64,000 nucleotides of DNA from Thermoanaerobacterales bacterium 50_218. GTDB taxonomy: Bacteria; Bacillota; DSM-12270; Thermacetogeniales; Thermacetogeniaceae. Made by a program: the position numbers and the translations under genes. This document shows, in pieces, positions 30,914 through 39,509 of this stretch. The stretch spans positions 8,180-72,179 of the forward strand of contig LGFL01000002.1 of assembly GCA_001508855.1 (NCBI GenBank), written 5' to 3'. Each line of letters begins with the position of its first letter. Positions within the stretch are counted from its first letter, which is position 1. The notes beneath the pieces are model-generated. The model was not told the origin of the DNA, did no database searches, and saw only the letters and a list, made by a program, of their open reading frames with translations.

Positions 30914-31093
30914 TTATTCTTCGAGGGCGATTGCTCCTTCCGGGCACTCTTCAACACAGCTTTCGCACTCAGTACAGTCGTCAGGATTAACAACCTTGCA
31001 CTTATCGTCTACAATTTCCAGGACCTCATTCGGGCAGACATCAACGCAAGTCCCGCACCCTGTGCACTTATCAAGGTCTACTTTCGGTGGCAT
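30914..31093 (-). CDS. 2x[4Fe-4S] ferredoxin
   Basis: Contains CTGCGTCVDVCP and CTECESCVEECP. I place the start at ATG 31093, with GGGGAGAGG upstream. Confidence 0.8.
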   Translation of the reverse strand: MPPKVDLDKCTGCGTCVDVCPNEVLEIVDDKCKVVNPDDCTECESCVEECPEGAIALEE

Positions 31094-31108
31094 CTTTTTC
31101 CTCTCCCC

Positions 31109-31128
31109 TTTTGAAAATTTTTGAAAAT
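31109..31128. repeat. 10-nt tandem duplication TTTTGAAAAT x2 in front of the ferredoxin RBS
   Basis: Exact adjacent copies at 31109-31118 and 31119-31128. Confidence 0.8.
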
Positions 31129-31162
31129 GCCGTTTTGATAATAACAAGACTCTGAGCCCCTG

Positions 31163-31585
31163 TCAACCACTTTCAGAATGATCTTTTGACACCAAATCCG
31201 GCCTCAGTCTGACCGCTTCCCGCAAGTAGACATGTCTCACCTCCTCCTGTTTTCGTGAGGTGTATGCATGAACCAAAACCCGAATGCATTTCTCCAGAGC
31301 TCCGGGAACAGGGATCTCGGTCGTGCAGAGAAGAGGAACCGTTAGCCACCCCAGTTGCCTGGCAGCTTCTGCAGGAAAAGCGGCATTCAGGTCGGGAGTA
31401 GCAGAAAAGATGATGCTAATAATGTCTTCAGGGGAAATTTCGTTTTCCCTGACAATTGCCAGCAGCAGTTCCTTAGTTGCCTCACAGATCGCGGATTTGC
31501 TATTTTCGGATACAGTTACAGCTCCCCTGATTCCCCGCACCCAAACCTTCTCCAATTCTCCATCCCCTACCACTTTCAAAATCAC
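31163..31585 (-). CDS. aroH: chorismate mutase, AroH class
   Basis: Contains [10 protein letters not shown], then [18 protein letters not shown] and VPLLC. It has a ~15-aa N-terminal extension relative to typical AroH proteins. Confidence 0.8.
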   Translation of the reverse strand: MILKVVGDGELEKVWVRGIRGAVTVSENSKSAICEATKELLLAIVRENEISPEDIISIIFSATPDLNAAFPAEAARQLGWLTVPLLCTTEIPVPGALEKCIRVLVHAYTSRKQEEVRHVYLREAVRLRPDLVSKDHSESG

Positions 31586-31587
31586 TC

Positions 31588-32034
31588 TTAAGAAACAGCC
31601 CGGTGCCCTAGCCCAACAGCAACCTCGTCGAGATGAAGGAGCCCAATTCCAAAGAAAGCAGCCACACTGATATGATCCCCATAGCGAGCAATGCCAATTT
31701 TACCTCCGACATTAAACCCTACAGCCTTCAAACTTATCTGATTGAGCGCTTCCCTCGTCGCCCCGGCAACAGCTCCTTCTTCACTATGTGTTCCCTTGAT
31801 AACCCCTTCCCTTTTAGCAGCAACAATCGCCGACTCAATAAATTTTTTGGCCGAACTGACGAACTCCCCTCCGCAGTCAACAGCAGCAGTCTTAATACCC
31901 AATCTGGCATAGTCAGCTTTCTTCCTAACCTCTTCTTCTCGATCCTCAGTCAGAGCCATCAAAATTGCAATTTTAGCAACCTGACGGCTTCCATAGCCAC
32001 TCACAAACAACTTCCCTCCATTCTCTCGATTCAA
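31588..32034 (-). CDS. HutP-family (RNA-binding antiterminator-like) protein
   Basis: 148-aa ORF, collinear by eye with B. subtilis HutP. For example, [26 protein letters not shown] here corresponds to GDWIAVSLYGTIGAPIKGLEHETFGVGINH. Confidence 0.65.
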   Translation of the reverse strand: MNRENGGKLFVSGYGSRQVAKIAILMALTEDREEEVRKKADYARLGIKTAAVDCGGEFVSSAKKFIESAIVAAKREGVIKGTHSEEGAVAGATREALNQISLKAVGFNVGGKIGIARYGDHISVAAFFGIGLLHLDEVAVGLGHRAVS

Positions 32035-32046
32035 AAAAAACTCTTG

Positions 32047-32514
32047 CTACTCCATGACTACTTCCCCGATCGTGGCGATGTTTCCTTTCGTTTCTACCTG
32101 AAAAAAGGGTGATGGCCAGATGATCCCCGGAGCAACCTCTTTGACCCGGAAAATTAACTCGCAACTGTAAGCAGTTCCATCAATCTGCAGCAAATCACCT
32201 TCCTGCACCTGAACCACAACCTTTCTCTCCTGAAAGTTGGCCACTTCTTCTCCATTCACCAGCACCCTCGCTTCCGGAAAGCAAAAATTACTGATCAGCT
32301 CGATCTCGACCTTCCCAGTGAGATCTGCTTTCTCCGGAAAAAGCTTACAAACCGTTTCCTCCCAGGGAACCCCCTCCATCCGCTCTGCTAGACTCCAGTA
32401 AAATCGGAAGGGTTCACCTGTAAACAGGAATTGCCCAGAAACGAGAGCGATAAAGACAAAAAATAGAATAAACTCGAAAATTTTTTCAATTTTATTCAGT
32501 TTGCAGAAAAACAC
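32047..32514 (-). CDS. hypothetical membrane-anchored protein
   Basis: 155-aa ORF with a GTG start, GGGAGGGAG RBS and one N-terminal TM segment. I recognise no family. Confidence 0.4.
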   Translation of the reverse strand: MFFCKLNKIEKIFEFILFFVFIALVSGQFLFTGEPFRFYWSLAERMEGVPWEETVCKLFPEKADLTGKVEIELISNFCFPEARVLVNGEEVANFQERKVVVQVQEGDLLQIDGTAYSCELIFRVKEVAPGIIWPSPFFQVETKGNIATIGEVVME

Positions 32515-32536
32515 TATCTCCCTCCCGGGCCGCCAG

Positions 32537-32564
32537 ATTTTATCATCACCAATGTTTTACGCAA
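32537..32564 (-). promoter_or_regulatory. candidate internal promoter (TTGCGT-16-TGaTAAAAT)
   Basis: -35 at 32559-32564 and extended -10 with its hexamer at 32537-32542, about 25 nt upstream of the 155-aa ORF. Confidence 0.4.
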
Positions 32565-32614
32565 ATTTTCCAAGTCTTATGCAACAGACCCGGGAAAGGC
32601 GCGACATTTCTTTG

Positions 32615-33502
32615 TTATTTTGTCGCATCGAGAAAAGAATTTTTATCAACAAAGAGGTCACTCAGTCTATCGATCAACTCTTCAATTATCCCCTGCTGAA
32701 GCCCTAAAAGAGAAAGGGCCTCAGGAAAAACGGGGTAACAAAGACCATCTCCACCGAGCCCAATCCCCATCATCATACAAATGGCATCAGCAATATGAAC
32801 GAGCGCAGTAAGTCTGGCGTTTTCGCGAGCTCTCGTAGGTTCGTGATGAAAAGCGATCGCTTCTACCAGGGGCACTGGAAAATTCCATTTTTCGGCAACC
32901 TTAGCCCCCACCTCGGCATGAGTAAATCCCAAAACGTCTTTCTCCGCCTGACTAAAAGGAATCCTTTTTTCTTTAACAGTATTGATGATCTCCAGATAGG
33001 CATCTTGCATATAAACACTTAAAACGATCTTTCCAATGTCGTGGAGGAGTCCGGCAACAAAGGCCTGGTCTGGGGCAGGGAAACGCACCTGGCGAGCAAG
33101 CAATCTGGCAGCCATTGCGCAGGCAATAGAGTGACGCCAAAGTTCACCCTTTCCTAATTGGTAACCAGGAACCTCTCTGCTCAAAAGGTCATAGACCGAG
33201 GCTGCAAGGACAAGATTGCGAATTGTATTAAAACCAAGGATCACGATCGCCTCAACGACAGTGCTGATCCTGCGAGGAAACCCGTAATATGCAGAATTTG
33301 CCAGTCTCAAGATTCTTGCTGTAAGAGCCTGGTCCTGGCAGATGATATCGTTCAATTCTTTGACTGTGGAATCCGGGTCCTCAGTGACCCTGATCACCTG
33401 TTCGACGATCTGGGGTAAAGCAGGCAAATCTTGCACATCCTGCACAATTCGTTCTAAAGTTGGCTTCACCCATCTCACCCTTAAGGAGATTTTCAGGTTC
33501 AC
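32615..33502 (-). CDS. HDOD domain-containing signalling protein
   Basis: Contains LPALPQIVEQVIRV, then ILRLANSAYYGFPRRISTV and HDIGK. The GTG start forms a GTGA overlap with the upstream ORF stop. Confidence 0.8.
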   Translation of the reverse strand: MNLKISLRVRWVKPTLERIVQDVQDLPALPQIVEQVIRVTEDPDSTVKELNDIICQDQALTARILRLANSAYYGFPRRISTVVEAIVILGFNTIRNLVLAASVYDLLSREVPGYQLGKGELWRHSIACAMAARLLARQVRFPAPDQAFVAGLLHDIGKIVLSVYMQDAYLEIINTVKEKRIPFSQAEKDVLGFTHAEVGAKVAEKWNFPVPLVEAIAFHHEPTRARENARLTALVHIADAICMMMGIGLGGDGLCYPVFPEALSLLGLQQGIIEELIDRLSDLFVDKNSFLDATK

Positions 33503-33948
33503 TTTGAACTCAGTCTCTTCTCCAGGTAAATCCGGTAATTGCGGAATTTTTCATTAAGCTTGTAAATGATCCTTTCGACCTCGTTTTTGGTCAAAGTGAC
33601 AGTCTGGGGGTGGAGAAGTTCTACTTTTCTGAATTCTTCTCTCAGGAGAAAGGGAATCACATCCTCGATGGCATCAGCCTCTAGAATAAACTCCACCGGT
33701 GCGTAGGCAATTTCCCGGCCGGAACTTTCATCCCTGAGTAAGTAAATTTCTCCATCGGTATTGATATCCTTGATCTCGACACCCTGGTAAGGAATGTTGC
33801 GTAACAATATAACCTCTTGCTCCCTTATCTCTTCGGCAATTTGCTCCCCATCTTTTCCTCCCCAAAAGAGGCGACCTGGTCTGCTTTCTCCCCGATAGTC
33901 AAAACGGATTTTGAAACGTAATCTTTCATTCGGCTTTTCTTCGTTCAT
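33499..33948 (-). CDS. hypothetical protein
   Basis: 149-aa charged soluble ORF, translationally coupled to the HDOD gene. I recognise no family. Confidence 0.4.
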   Translation of the reverse strand: MNEEKPNERLRFKIRFDYRGESRPGRLFWGGKDGEQIAEEIREQEVILLRNIPYQGVEIKDINTDGEIYLLRDESSGREIAYAPVEFILEADAIEDVIPFLLREEFRKVELLHPQTVTLTKNEVERIIYKLNEKFRNYRIYLEKRLSSK

Positions 33949-34030
33949 TTGCTGTCTCCTGCCTCCCCAGTTTAGATCTCCGCTGACCTTTATTCGTCAT
34001 AAAATTCCAAAACTCCTCTTTTTAATCTTT

Positions 34031-34630
34031 TTAATACTCAATCCCACGCCGACTGGTGATCCCTTTCTGGTAAGGGTGCTTGACCATGTTCATCTCGGTA
34101 ACCAGGTCCGCAAAATCGATTATTTCTTGAGGAGCATTGCGCCCTGTAAGTACTACCTCTACATATGGGGGCTTTTTTGAGAGGATATCAAGCACATCTT
34201 TCACAGAAACCAGTTCGAAGTAGAAGGCGTTGTTGATTTCATCAAGGATCACAAGATCATACTCGCCTGAAGAAATAACCCTTTCAGCGGTTTCTAAAGC
34301 CATCTTAGCAAGCCTCAAGATCTCCTCATCTTTTTTCCCTCTTTTTGGAAAACAAGTTCCACAACCCCGGCACTTCGCCTCTCCTTGTCTGATCAAAGAA
34401 CTGTAAGGGCAGGTAATTCCGTACTGGAGAATTTTTAAATTAGGATAAAGCCTCTGAGCCGCAAACAGTTCGCCAGTATAAGCTCCCCCCTTTAGAAACT
34501 GAATCATACAAACCCTGAACCCGTGCCCTATTGCCCGAAGGGCGAGACCAAGAGCAGCAGTTGTTTTACCCTTGCTGTTCCCCGTATAAACTTGAATGAG
34601 TCCTTTCTCCAGCCGCGGGCGCAAGCACAT
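34031..34630 (-). CDS. cobO: ATP:cob(I)alamin adenosyltransferase (CobO/BtuR type) with Cys-rich insert
   Basis: P-loop YTGNSKGKTTAALG and C-terminus VKHPYQKGITSRRGIEY. The insert is CPYSSLIRQGEAKCRGCGTC. Confidence 0.85.
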   Translation of the reverse strand: MCLRPRLEKGLIQVYTGNSKGKTTAALGLALRAIGHGFRVCMIQFLKGGAYTGELFAAQRLYPNLKILQYGITCPYSSLIRQGEAKCRGCGTCFPKRGKKDEEILRLAKMALETAERVISSGEYDLVILDEINNAFYFELVSVKDVLDILSKKPPYVEVVLTGRNAPQEIIDFADLVTEMNMVKHPYQKGITSRRGIEY

Positions 34631-35900
34631 CCTCCTCCTTTCCCCATTCTTCCAGCAACCGCATTATTGCCTGCTGATCAGGCAAAAACTTTAATCCTAA
34701 TTCTTTAAAGGACGAAACCAGCTCGATGGCTTGCCCTTCTGTATAATCCCGATCTGGCAGTTCCTCAGGGTTAAGCAAATAGCACCTCTTCCCAGCTTCA
34801 AGAAGGGGTTCAAGGACTTCCAGATTAGGCAAGTTCCCTTTGCCAAAAGGGATTTCCAAAAGAAAAATGAGATCGGCTTTCATCGCCAACTCCAGGTTAG
34901 CAACAAAAGCCTGGCGCCCAATTGGTGAAAAGGGCTTTTCTTCAGCAACTTCTACCCCCAGAGCTTTTGCCACTTCCCAATCAGTGTCATTAATATTGAG
35001 GACACCTGCAGAAACAGTATAACCTTTCCTGACCAGTTGCCCGATTAAGGAAGCTCCCACCCCACCACCACAGACCAAGTGCAACCGAAGGGGAACATCG
35101 GTTTTTTCCTCACCAAGACCAGGCAACAGGAACACTTGAGGAGTCCCTGTAAGAGGATGCCTCACCACCAATACATCTGTCTGGTAAACCTTCTTGATGA
35201 TCTCTGGCTTTAGAACCTCTTCAGGCTTACCGATAGCAAAAATCTTTCCCTGATGCAGCAAAAGCAACCGGTCACAATACTGAGCAGCAAGATTGAGGTC
35301 GTGGAATACCGCTACTATAGTCAACCCCTGTTTATTCAAGTTTCTCAGAATTTCCAGCATTTCTAGTTGGGAAGCAAGATCGAGATGATTTGTCGGCTCG
35401 TCAAGCAGTAAAACCTCAGGCTCCTGAGCAAGGGCACGGGCAAAGACCACCCTCTGTCGTTCCCCTCCACTCAGCTCCAGTAGGTTACGGTCCCTCAGGT
35501 GCCAGCATCCTGATAGCTGCATTGCTTTCTCCGCAACCTGAAAATCCTTTTTGCTCTCAAAAGAGAAGCGCTTTTGGTGAGGGTAACGACCCATTAACAC
35601 AACATCCAAAACTGAAAAAGGAAAACCCACTACTGGTTCCTGAGGAACCACGGATATTTTCTTGGCAAGGTCCTGCCTGGAGAATTCGGCAAGATCTCTC
35701 CCAGAGAAAAACACCACTCCCCGGACAGGTTTAAGAGTGGCAGCAAGGGTCTTTAAAAGGGTGGACTTTCCAGCAGCATTCGGTCCAATGATTCCCAAAA
35801 AAGCACCCCGTGGGATCTCGAGGTTCACTCCACGAAGTACCTGATGAGCCCCATAGGAACACTCCACATCCAGAATCTTTAAGACCACATCAGAGACCAT
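34566..35900 (-). CDS. ABC transporter ATP-binding protein (FepC/BtuD-like) with ~180-aa C-terminal extension
   Basis: Walker A GPNAAGKST, signature LSGGERQR and Walker B LLLDEP. The 444-aa length compares with about 260 aa for typical family members. Confidence 0.85.
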   Translation of the reverse strand: MVSDVVLKILDVECSYGAHQVLRGVNLEIPRGAFLGIIGPNAAGKSTLLKTLAATLKPVRGVVFFSGRDLAEFSRQDLAKKISVVPQEPVVGFPFSVLDVVLMGRYPHQKRFSFESKKDFQVAEKAMQLSGCWHLRDRNLLELSGGERQRVVFARALAQEPEVLLLDEPTNHLDLASQLEMLEILRNLNKQGLTIVAVFHDLNLAAQYCDRLLLLHQGKIFAIGKPEEVLKPEIIKKVYQTDVLVVRHPLTGTPQVFLLPGLGEEKTDVPLRLHLVCGGGVGASLIGQLVRKGYTVSAGVLNINDTDWEVAKALGVEVAEEKPFSPIGRQAFVANLELAMKADLIFLLEIPFGKGNLPNLEVLEPLLEAGKRCYLLNPEELPDRDYTEGQAIELVSSFKELGLKFLPDQQAIMRLLEEWGKEEDVLAPAAGERTHSSLYGEQQG

Positions 35901-35959
35901 ACCAGACCATCCTTATCACAGAATCTATATCACGTTTGTTGAAAATTCCTCTGGGTCCC

Positions 35960-36985
35960 CTATCTCTTCCTTGTCCGCAGCAGGTAAACAAAAAAGGGGA
36001 CACCCAAAAAAGCAGTTACTACTCCTACAGGCAACTCCACAGGTGCTAGTAAAGTCCGAGCAAGGGTATCTGCCCAAATCAGAAAAACTCCTCCCCCAAC
36101 TGCACTTACAGGGATAAGGACACGATGATCGGGACCTAAAAGCAACCTCACTAGATGAGGAACAATTAACCCGATAAAACCTATCGTTCCAGCGAGAGCA
36201 ACAGCAACCCCAGTCAAAAGAGTAGCCACAAAAAGAAGGAGTTTCTTGATCCTTTCGACAGAAACGCCTAACTGACCTGCTGTTTCTTCTCCAAAGGTTA
36301 AAATATTTAGCTCCTTTCCGAATAGGCAGAGAACGATAACACCAACAACAAGGTAAGGAGACGTATAAAGCAAATACTCACTTCCCCGAAGATTGAGATT
36401 CCCCATCATCCAGTAAATAATCTGGTGCATGTTTTCACCAGCAATGGTAAGGAGAAAAGATAAAACAGCAGACATGAATGAATTCATGATTACCCCGGCT
36501 AGAATCAAGGTCTCCACAGCTAAGTGTCCCTCAACAAGAGCCAGGCGGTAGACAAAGATTCCAGTTAATAAGGCTCCGAGAAAAGCAACTAGAGGCATCC
36601 CGAGTATTCCCCAAAAAGTGTCACCGGGAAAAATGACCAAGGTCAGTGCGGTTCCAACCGCTGCTCCCGAGGCAACCCCGAGGGTGTACGGCTCAGCCAG
36701 GGGGTTGCGTAAAAGACCCTGAAGAGCCGCGCCAGCAGCAGATAAGGCAGCTCCGACAAAAAACGCCAAAACAATCCGCGGAAGCCGGATCCTGGTGACG
36801 ATCACAGCCGCTGTTGTCTGCACATCTTCGGTTCCGAAAACCCATTGGAACAAAACTTTGAAAGCAGCCGCCGGAGCAACAGAAGCACTCCCCAAAGCAG
36901 TGCATACAATCACAGAAAGAAAGAGCAAAAAAACGAGTAAAAGCATACTCCAGAAAAGACGTTGATACCAGTTTATTCGAAGCAC
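35960..36985 (-). CDS. FecCD/BtuC-family ABC transporter permease
   Basis: 341-aa polytopic ORF with the typical family layout, lying between the binding-protein and ATPase genes. Confidence 0.85.
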   Translation of the reverse strand: MLRINWYQRLFWSMLLLVFLLFLSVIVCTALGSASVAPAAAFKVLFQWVFGTEDVQTTAAVIVTRIRLPRIVLAFFVGAALSAAGAALQGLLRNPLAEPYTLGVASGAAVGTALTLVIFPGDTFWGILGMPLVAFLGALLTGIFVYRLALVEGHLAVETLILAGVIMNSFMSAVLSFLLTIAGENMHQIIYWMMGNLNLRGSEYLLYTSPYLVVGVIVLCLFGKELNILTFGEETAGQLGVSVERIKKLLLFVATLLTGVAVALAGTIGFIGLIVPHLVRLLLGPDHRVLIPVSAVGGGVFLIWADTLARTLLAPVELPVGVVTAFLGVPFFVYLLRTRKR

Positions 36986-37042
36986 CTTTGATCAGCCCTG
37001 TCTAACTGGTTTCAGTAAATCAGTCCCTGAGAGTGGCAAAAA

Positions 37043-37975
37043 CTATTGAAAAAGGCCTGGGTAAAGTGAACGGGCAACTTCTTCGACAGCCTGACCAGCC
37101 CTAGGCCCTGGCCGGTTTAAGAGATCGGGATCTTTCGGGCAGATAATCCGGCCCTCTTGGACCGCTTTGATTTTCTCCCAACCAGGGCGTTTACTGATAT
37201 CACTCTGGACATCCACGTAATAGCTGTCTAAGGCAAGAATCACATCAGGGTTCTTTTCCACCACCGACTCACTGCTATACATCTGGTAACCCTCGACATC
37301 AGCGGCTACATTGATCCCTCCGGCAAGAGTCACCAGTTCATCAACATAAGTGTTTTTCCCTGCAGTATACAAAGGTTCATTACCGACTTCAATAAACACC
37401 TTGACCCTCTCTTCCGGAGCAAGGGTAGCCAGTTTTTCTTTTACAAAATCCAGTTGTTTCCGAATTTCTCTAATCAGCGCTTCTCCAGTCTTTTCGGTCC
37501 CGGTAACCCGAGCAATCAACCGGATCGCCCTAAAAACCCCCTCAATGCTTTCTGGTTCTACACAGAGAACTGGAATTCCTAATTTGCGAAGAGCAGCAAT
37601 AGTATCAGCATTAAGAGTCTTCTTGGCAACCACAAGATCGGGGTCAAGCTCAACGATTTTCTCTACACTGGGATTAAGATCCCCCACCTTTGGCTTTTGC
37701 TTCGCCTCTGGGGGATAATCGCAATAAGTAGTTACTCCCACAAGGCGATCCTCCAAACCAAGTGCAAAAAGGATCTCTGTGTTACTGGGGGTTAAAGAAA
37801 CTATTCGCTGTGGTTCTTTACTAATAACCAACAAGTTGCCGGAATCATCTCTCACGGTAAGCTGTTTTCCGCTAGGCGTTTCCGGAGTCTCTCCCTGAAA
37901 GCAACCCGATACAGTGAAAAACAGCCCCAAAATAAGAAAAAAAGCCACCGAAATTGCGAAAATCCTCCGCCCCAA
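37043..37975 (-). CDS. ABC transporter substrate-binding lipoprotein (BtuF/FhuD-like, corrinoid or iron-chelate)
   Basis: Signal peptide with lipobox VSGC and a periplasmic-binding-protein class III-like sequence. It is adjacent to the permease, ATPase and cobO. Confidence 0.8.
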   Translation of the reverse strand: MGRRIFAISVAFFLILGLFFTVSGCFQGETPETPSGKQLTVRDDSGNLLVISKEPQRIVSLTPSNTEILFALGLEDRLVGVTTYCDYPPEAKQKPKVGDLNPSVEKIVELDPDLVVAKKTLNADTIAALRKLGIPVLCVEPESIEGVFRAIRLIARVTGTEKTGEALIREIRKQLDFVKEKLATLAPEERVKVFIEVGNEPLYTAGKNTYVDELVTLAGGINVAADVEGYQMYSSESVVEKNPDVILALDSYYVDVQSDISKRPGWEKIKAVQEGRIICPKDPDLLNRPGPRAGQAVEEVARSLYPGLFQ

Positions 37976-38040
37976 ATTTGTTTCCCCCCCATGAATCCAA
38001 GGTGTCCGCTCATCCTAGTTAATATTCCACTAAAAAACTC

Positions 38041-38766
38041 TCATTCCTTCCTGGCCATCTCCTTTAATTTTGCCACTTCTTCACTTGTGAGATAACGAAA
38101 TTGACCTGGACGCAGGTCGCCAAGGGTAAGGAAAGCAAACTTTGTCCTTTTTAATTCTAAAACTGGGTGCCCAACAAACTGGCACATTCTTCTAACCTGA
38201 CGCTTTTTCCCTTCCCTGATACTGATTTCCAGAACCGCCTTATCAGAAAGCGTCTTCAACAACCTTACTTCCGCCGGAGCAGTTCTGCCTTCAGGAAGGG
38301 GTACTCCTTTCCTCAATCTTTCGATGGCATCGAGCGAAGGTTTTCCCTGGACAAGCGCCTGGTAAGTTTTCCAAATCGCATGCTTGGGATGAGTCATCAA
38401 AAAGGCAAACTCACCGTCATTGGTGAGGAGGAGCAATCCGCAGGTATTCAGATCAAGCCTGCCGACAGGGAAAAGCCGCACCCCGGGAATCTTCACAAGG
38501 TCAGTGACCTTTGGCCTTCCCTGGGGATCGTGCACAGTAGAAACATAACCCTTTGGTTTGTTGAGAAGCACATAAACATACCTCTCATTAATGACGACTC
38601 TTTCCCCATCAACAGTAATGAGATCGTTCTTGGGGTCTGCCTTCTCTCCAAGCACTGCCACCTTCCCGTTTACTTTTACTCGACCCGCCCTGATCAAGTC
38701 TTCACAAGCACGCCTTGAGCCATAACCTGCCTTTGCCAGGATCTTCTGCAGTCTCTCAACTGCCAT
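38041..38766 (-). CDS. rluB: rRNA pseudouridine synthase (RluB/RsuA family)
   Basis: S4 domain RLQKILAKAGYGSRR and catalytic motif PVGRLDLNTCGLLLLTNDG. I place the start at ATG 38766. Confidence 0.85.
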   Translation of the reverse strand: MAVERLQKILAKAGYGSRRACEDLIRAGRVKVNGKVAVLGEKADPKNDLITVDGERVVINERYVYVLLNKPKGYVSTVHDPQGRPKVTDLVKIPGVRLFPVGRLDLNTCGLLLLTNDGEFAFLMTHPKHAIWKTYQALVQGKPSLDAIERLRKGVPLPEGRTAPAEVRLLKTLSDKAVLEISIREGKKRQVRRMCQFVGHPVLELKRTKFAFLTLGDLRPGQFRYLTSEEVAKLKEMARKE

Positions 38767-38972
38767 CACCACCACCTCCCTCAGGCGAGCAAAACTATTA
38801 CTGTCACTCTCCAATATTTCAACCGCCAGAACTTCTCCAAACCATTGTCCCGTGTCTGTCTGAATTATATCTGATCTGCCAAAACGGATGAAGTCAGGGA
38901 TATTTTAAAAATTTTACCCAAAGCAGGAGTTAAAAGATGCAGCGGAATTGGGCCAGGAGCTTTTGGGGAATC

Positions 38973-39509
38973 TTAGCCAAACAGGCGGTGACAGATGTAA
39001 ACCGAGGACATAAAACTCACAAGATCCGCAAAAAGGCCGAGGGCAAGTGCGTGGCGGTAGTGTCTGATACCCACAGAACCGAAGTAAATAGTAATGATAA
39101 AAAATGTCGTGTCAGTGCTGCCCTGCATCACTGAAGCCAGCCTTCCTATAAAAGAATCTGGGCCATAGGTCTTGATCAACTCGGTGGCGATCCCAAGAGC
39201 ACTGCTTCCTGAAAGTGGCCGCATCATCGCCAGAGGCAACACCTCGGCAGGAATACCGAAAAAATTGAGCAAAGGAGCAAGAAAGCCGGAAACCAGATCC
39301 ATTCCCCCAGAAACACGGAAGACCTTGATGGCCACAAACATGGCGATCATGTAAGGGATAATCTTCACCGCTGTCTGAAAACCTTCGGCAGCCCCCCGCA
39401 CAAATGCCTCATAGACAGGTACGCGCCGGAGCATCCCTGTCAGAAGAAAAAAGAAAAAAAGGGCTGGTATCGCCCATTTGGAGATCTGCGCAAGCAGGTA
39501 CTCCAACAT
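38973..39509 (-). CDS. spmB: spore maturation protein B
   Basis: Nucleoside-recognition-type membrane ORF directly after spmA. ATG 39509 shares one base with the spmA stop (TGATG). Confidence 0.8.
   Translation of the reverse strand: MLEYLLAQISKWAIPALFFFFLLTGMLRRVPVYEAFVRGAAEGFQTAVKIIPYMIAMFVAIKVFRVSGGMDLVSGFLAPLLNFFGIPAEVLPLAMMRPLSGSSALGIATELIKTYGPDSFIGRLASVMQGSTDTTFFIITIYFGSVGIRHYRHALALGLFADLVSFMSSVYICHRLFG

Noticed and set aside
30775-30993. 72-aa minus-strand ORF overlapping the ferredoxin gene and its terminator.
   Set aside because: It is out of frame with a clear 2x[4Fe-4S] ferredoxin, runs through the terminator hairpin, and has a basic low-complexity translation.
37976-38040. Cobalamin riboswitch in front of the corrinoid-type ABC importer.
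   Set aside because: The gap to rluB is 65 nt and contains no B12 box or GGTGAAAATCC-type elements.
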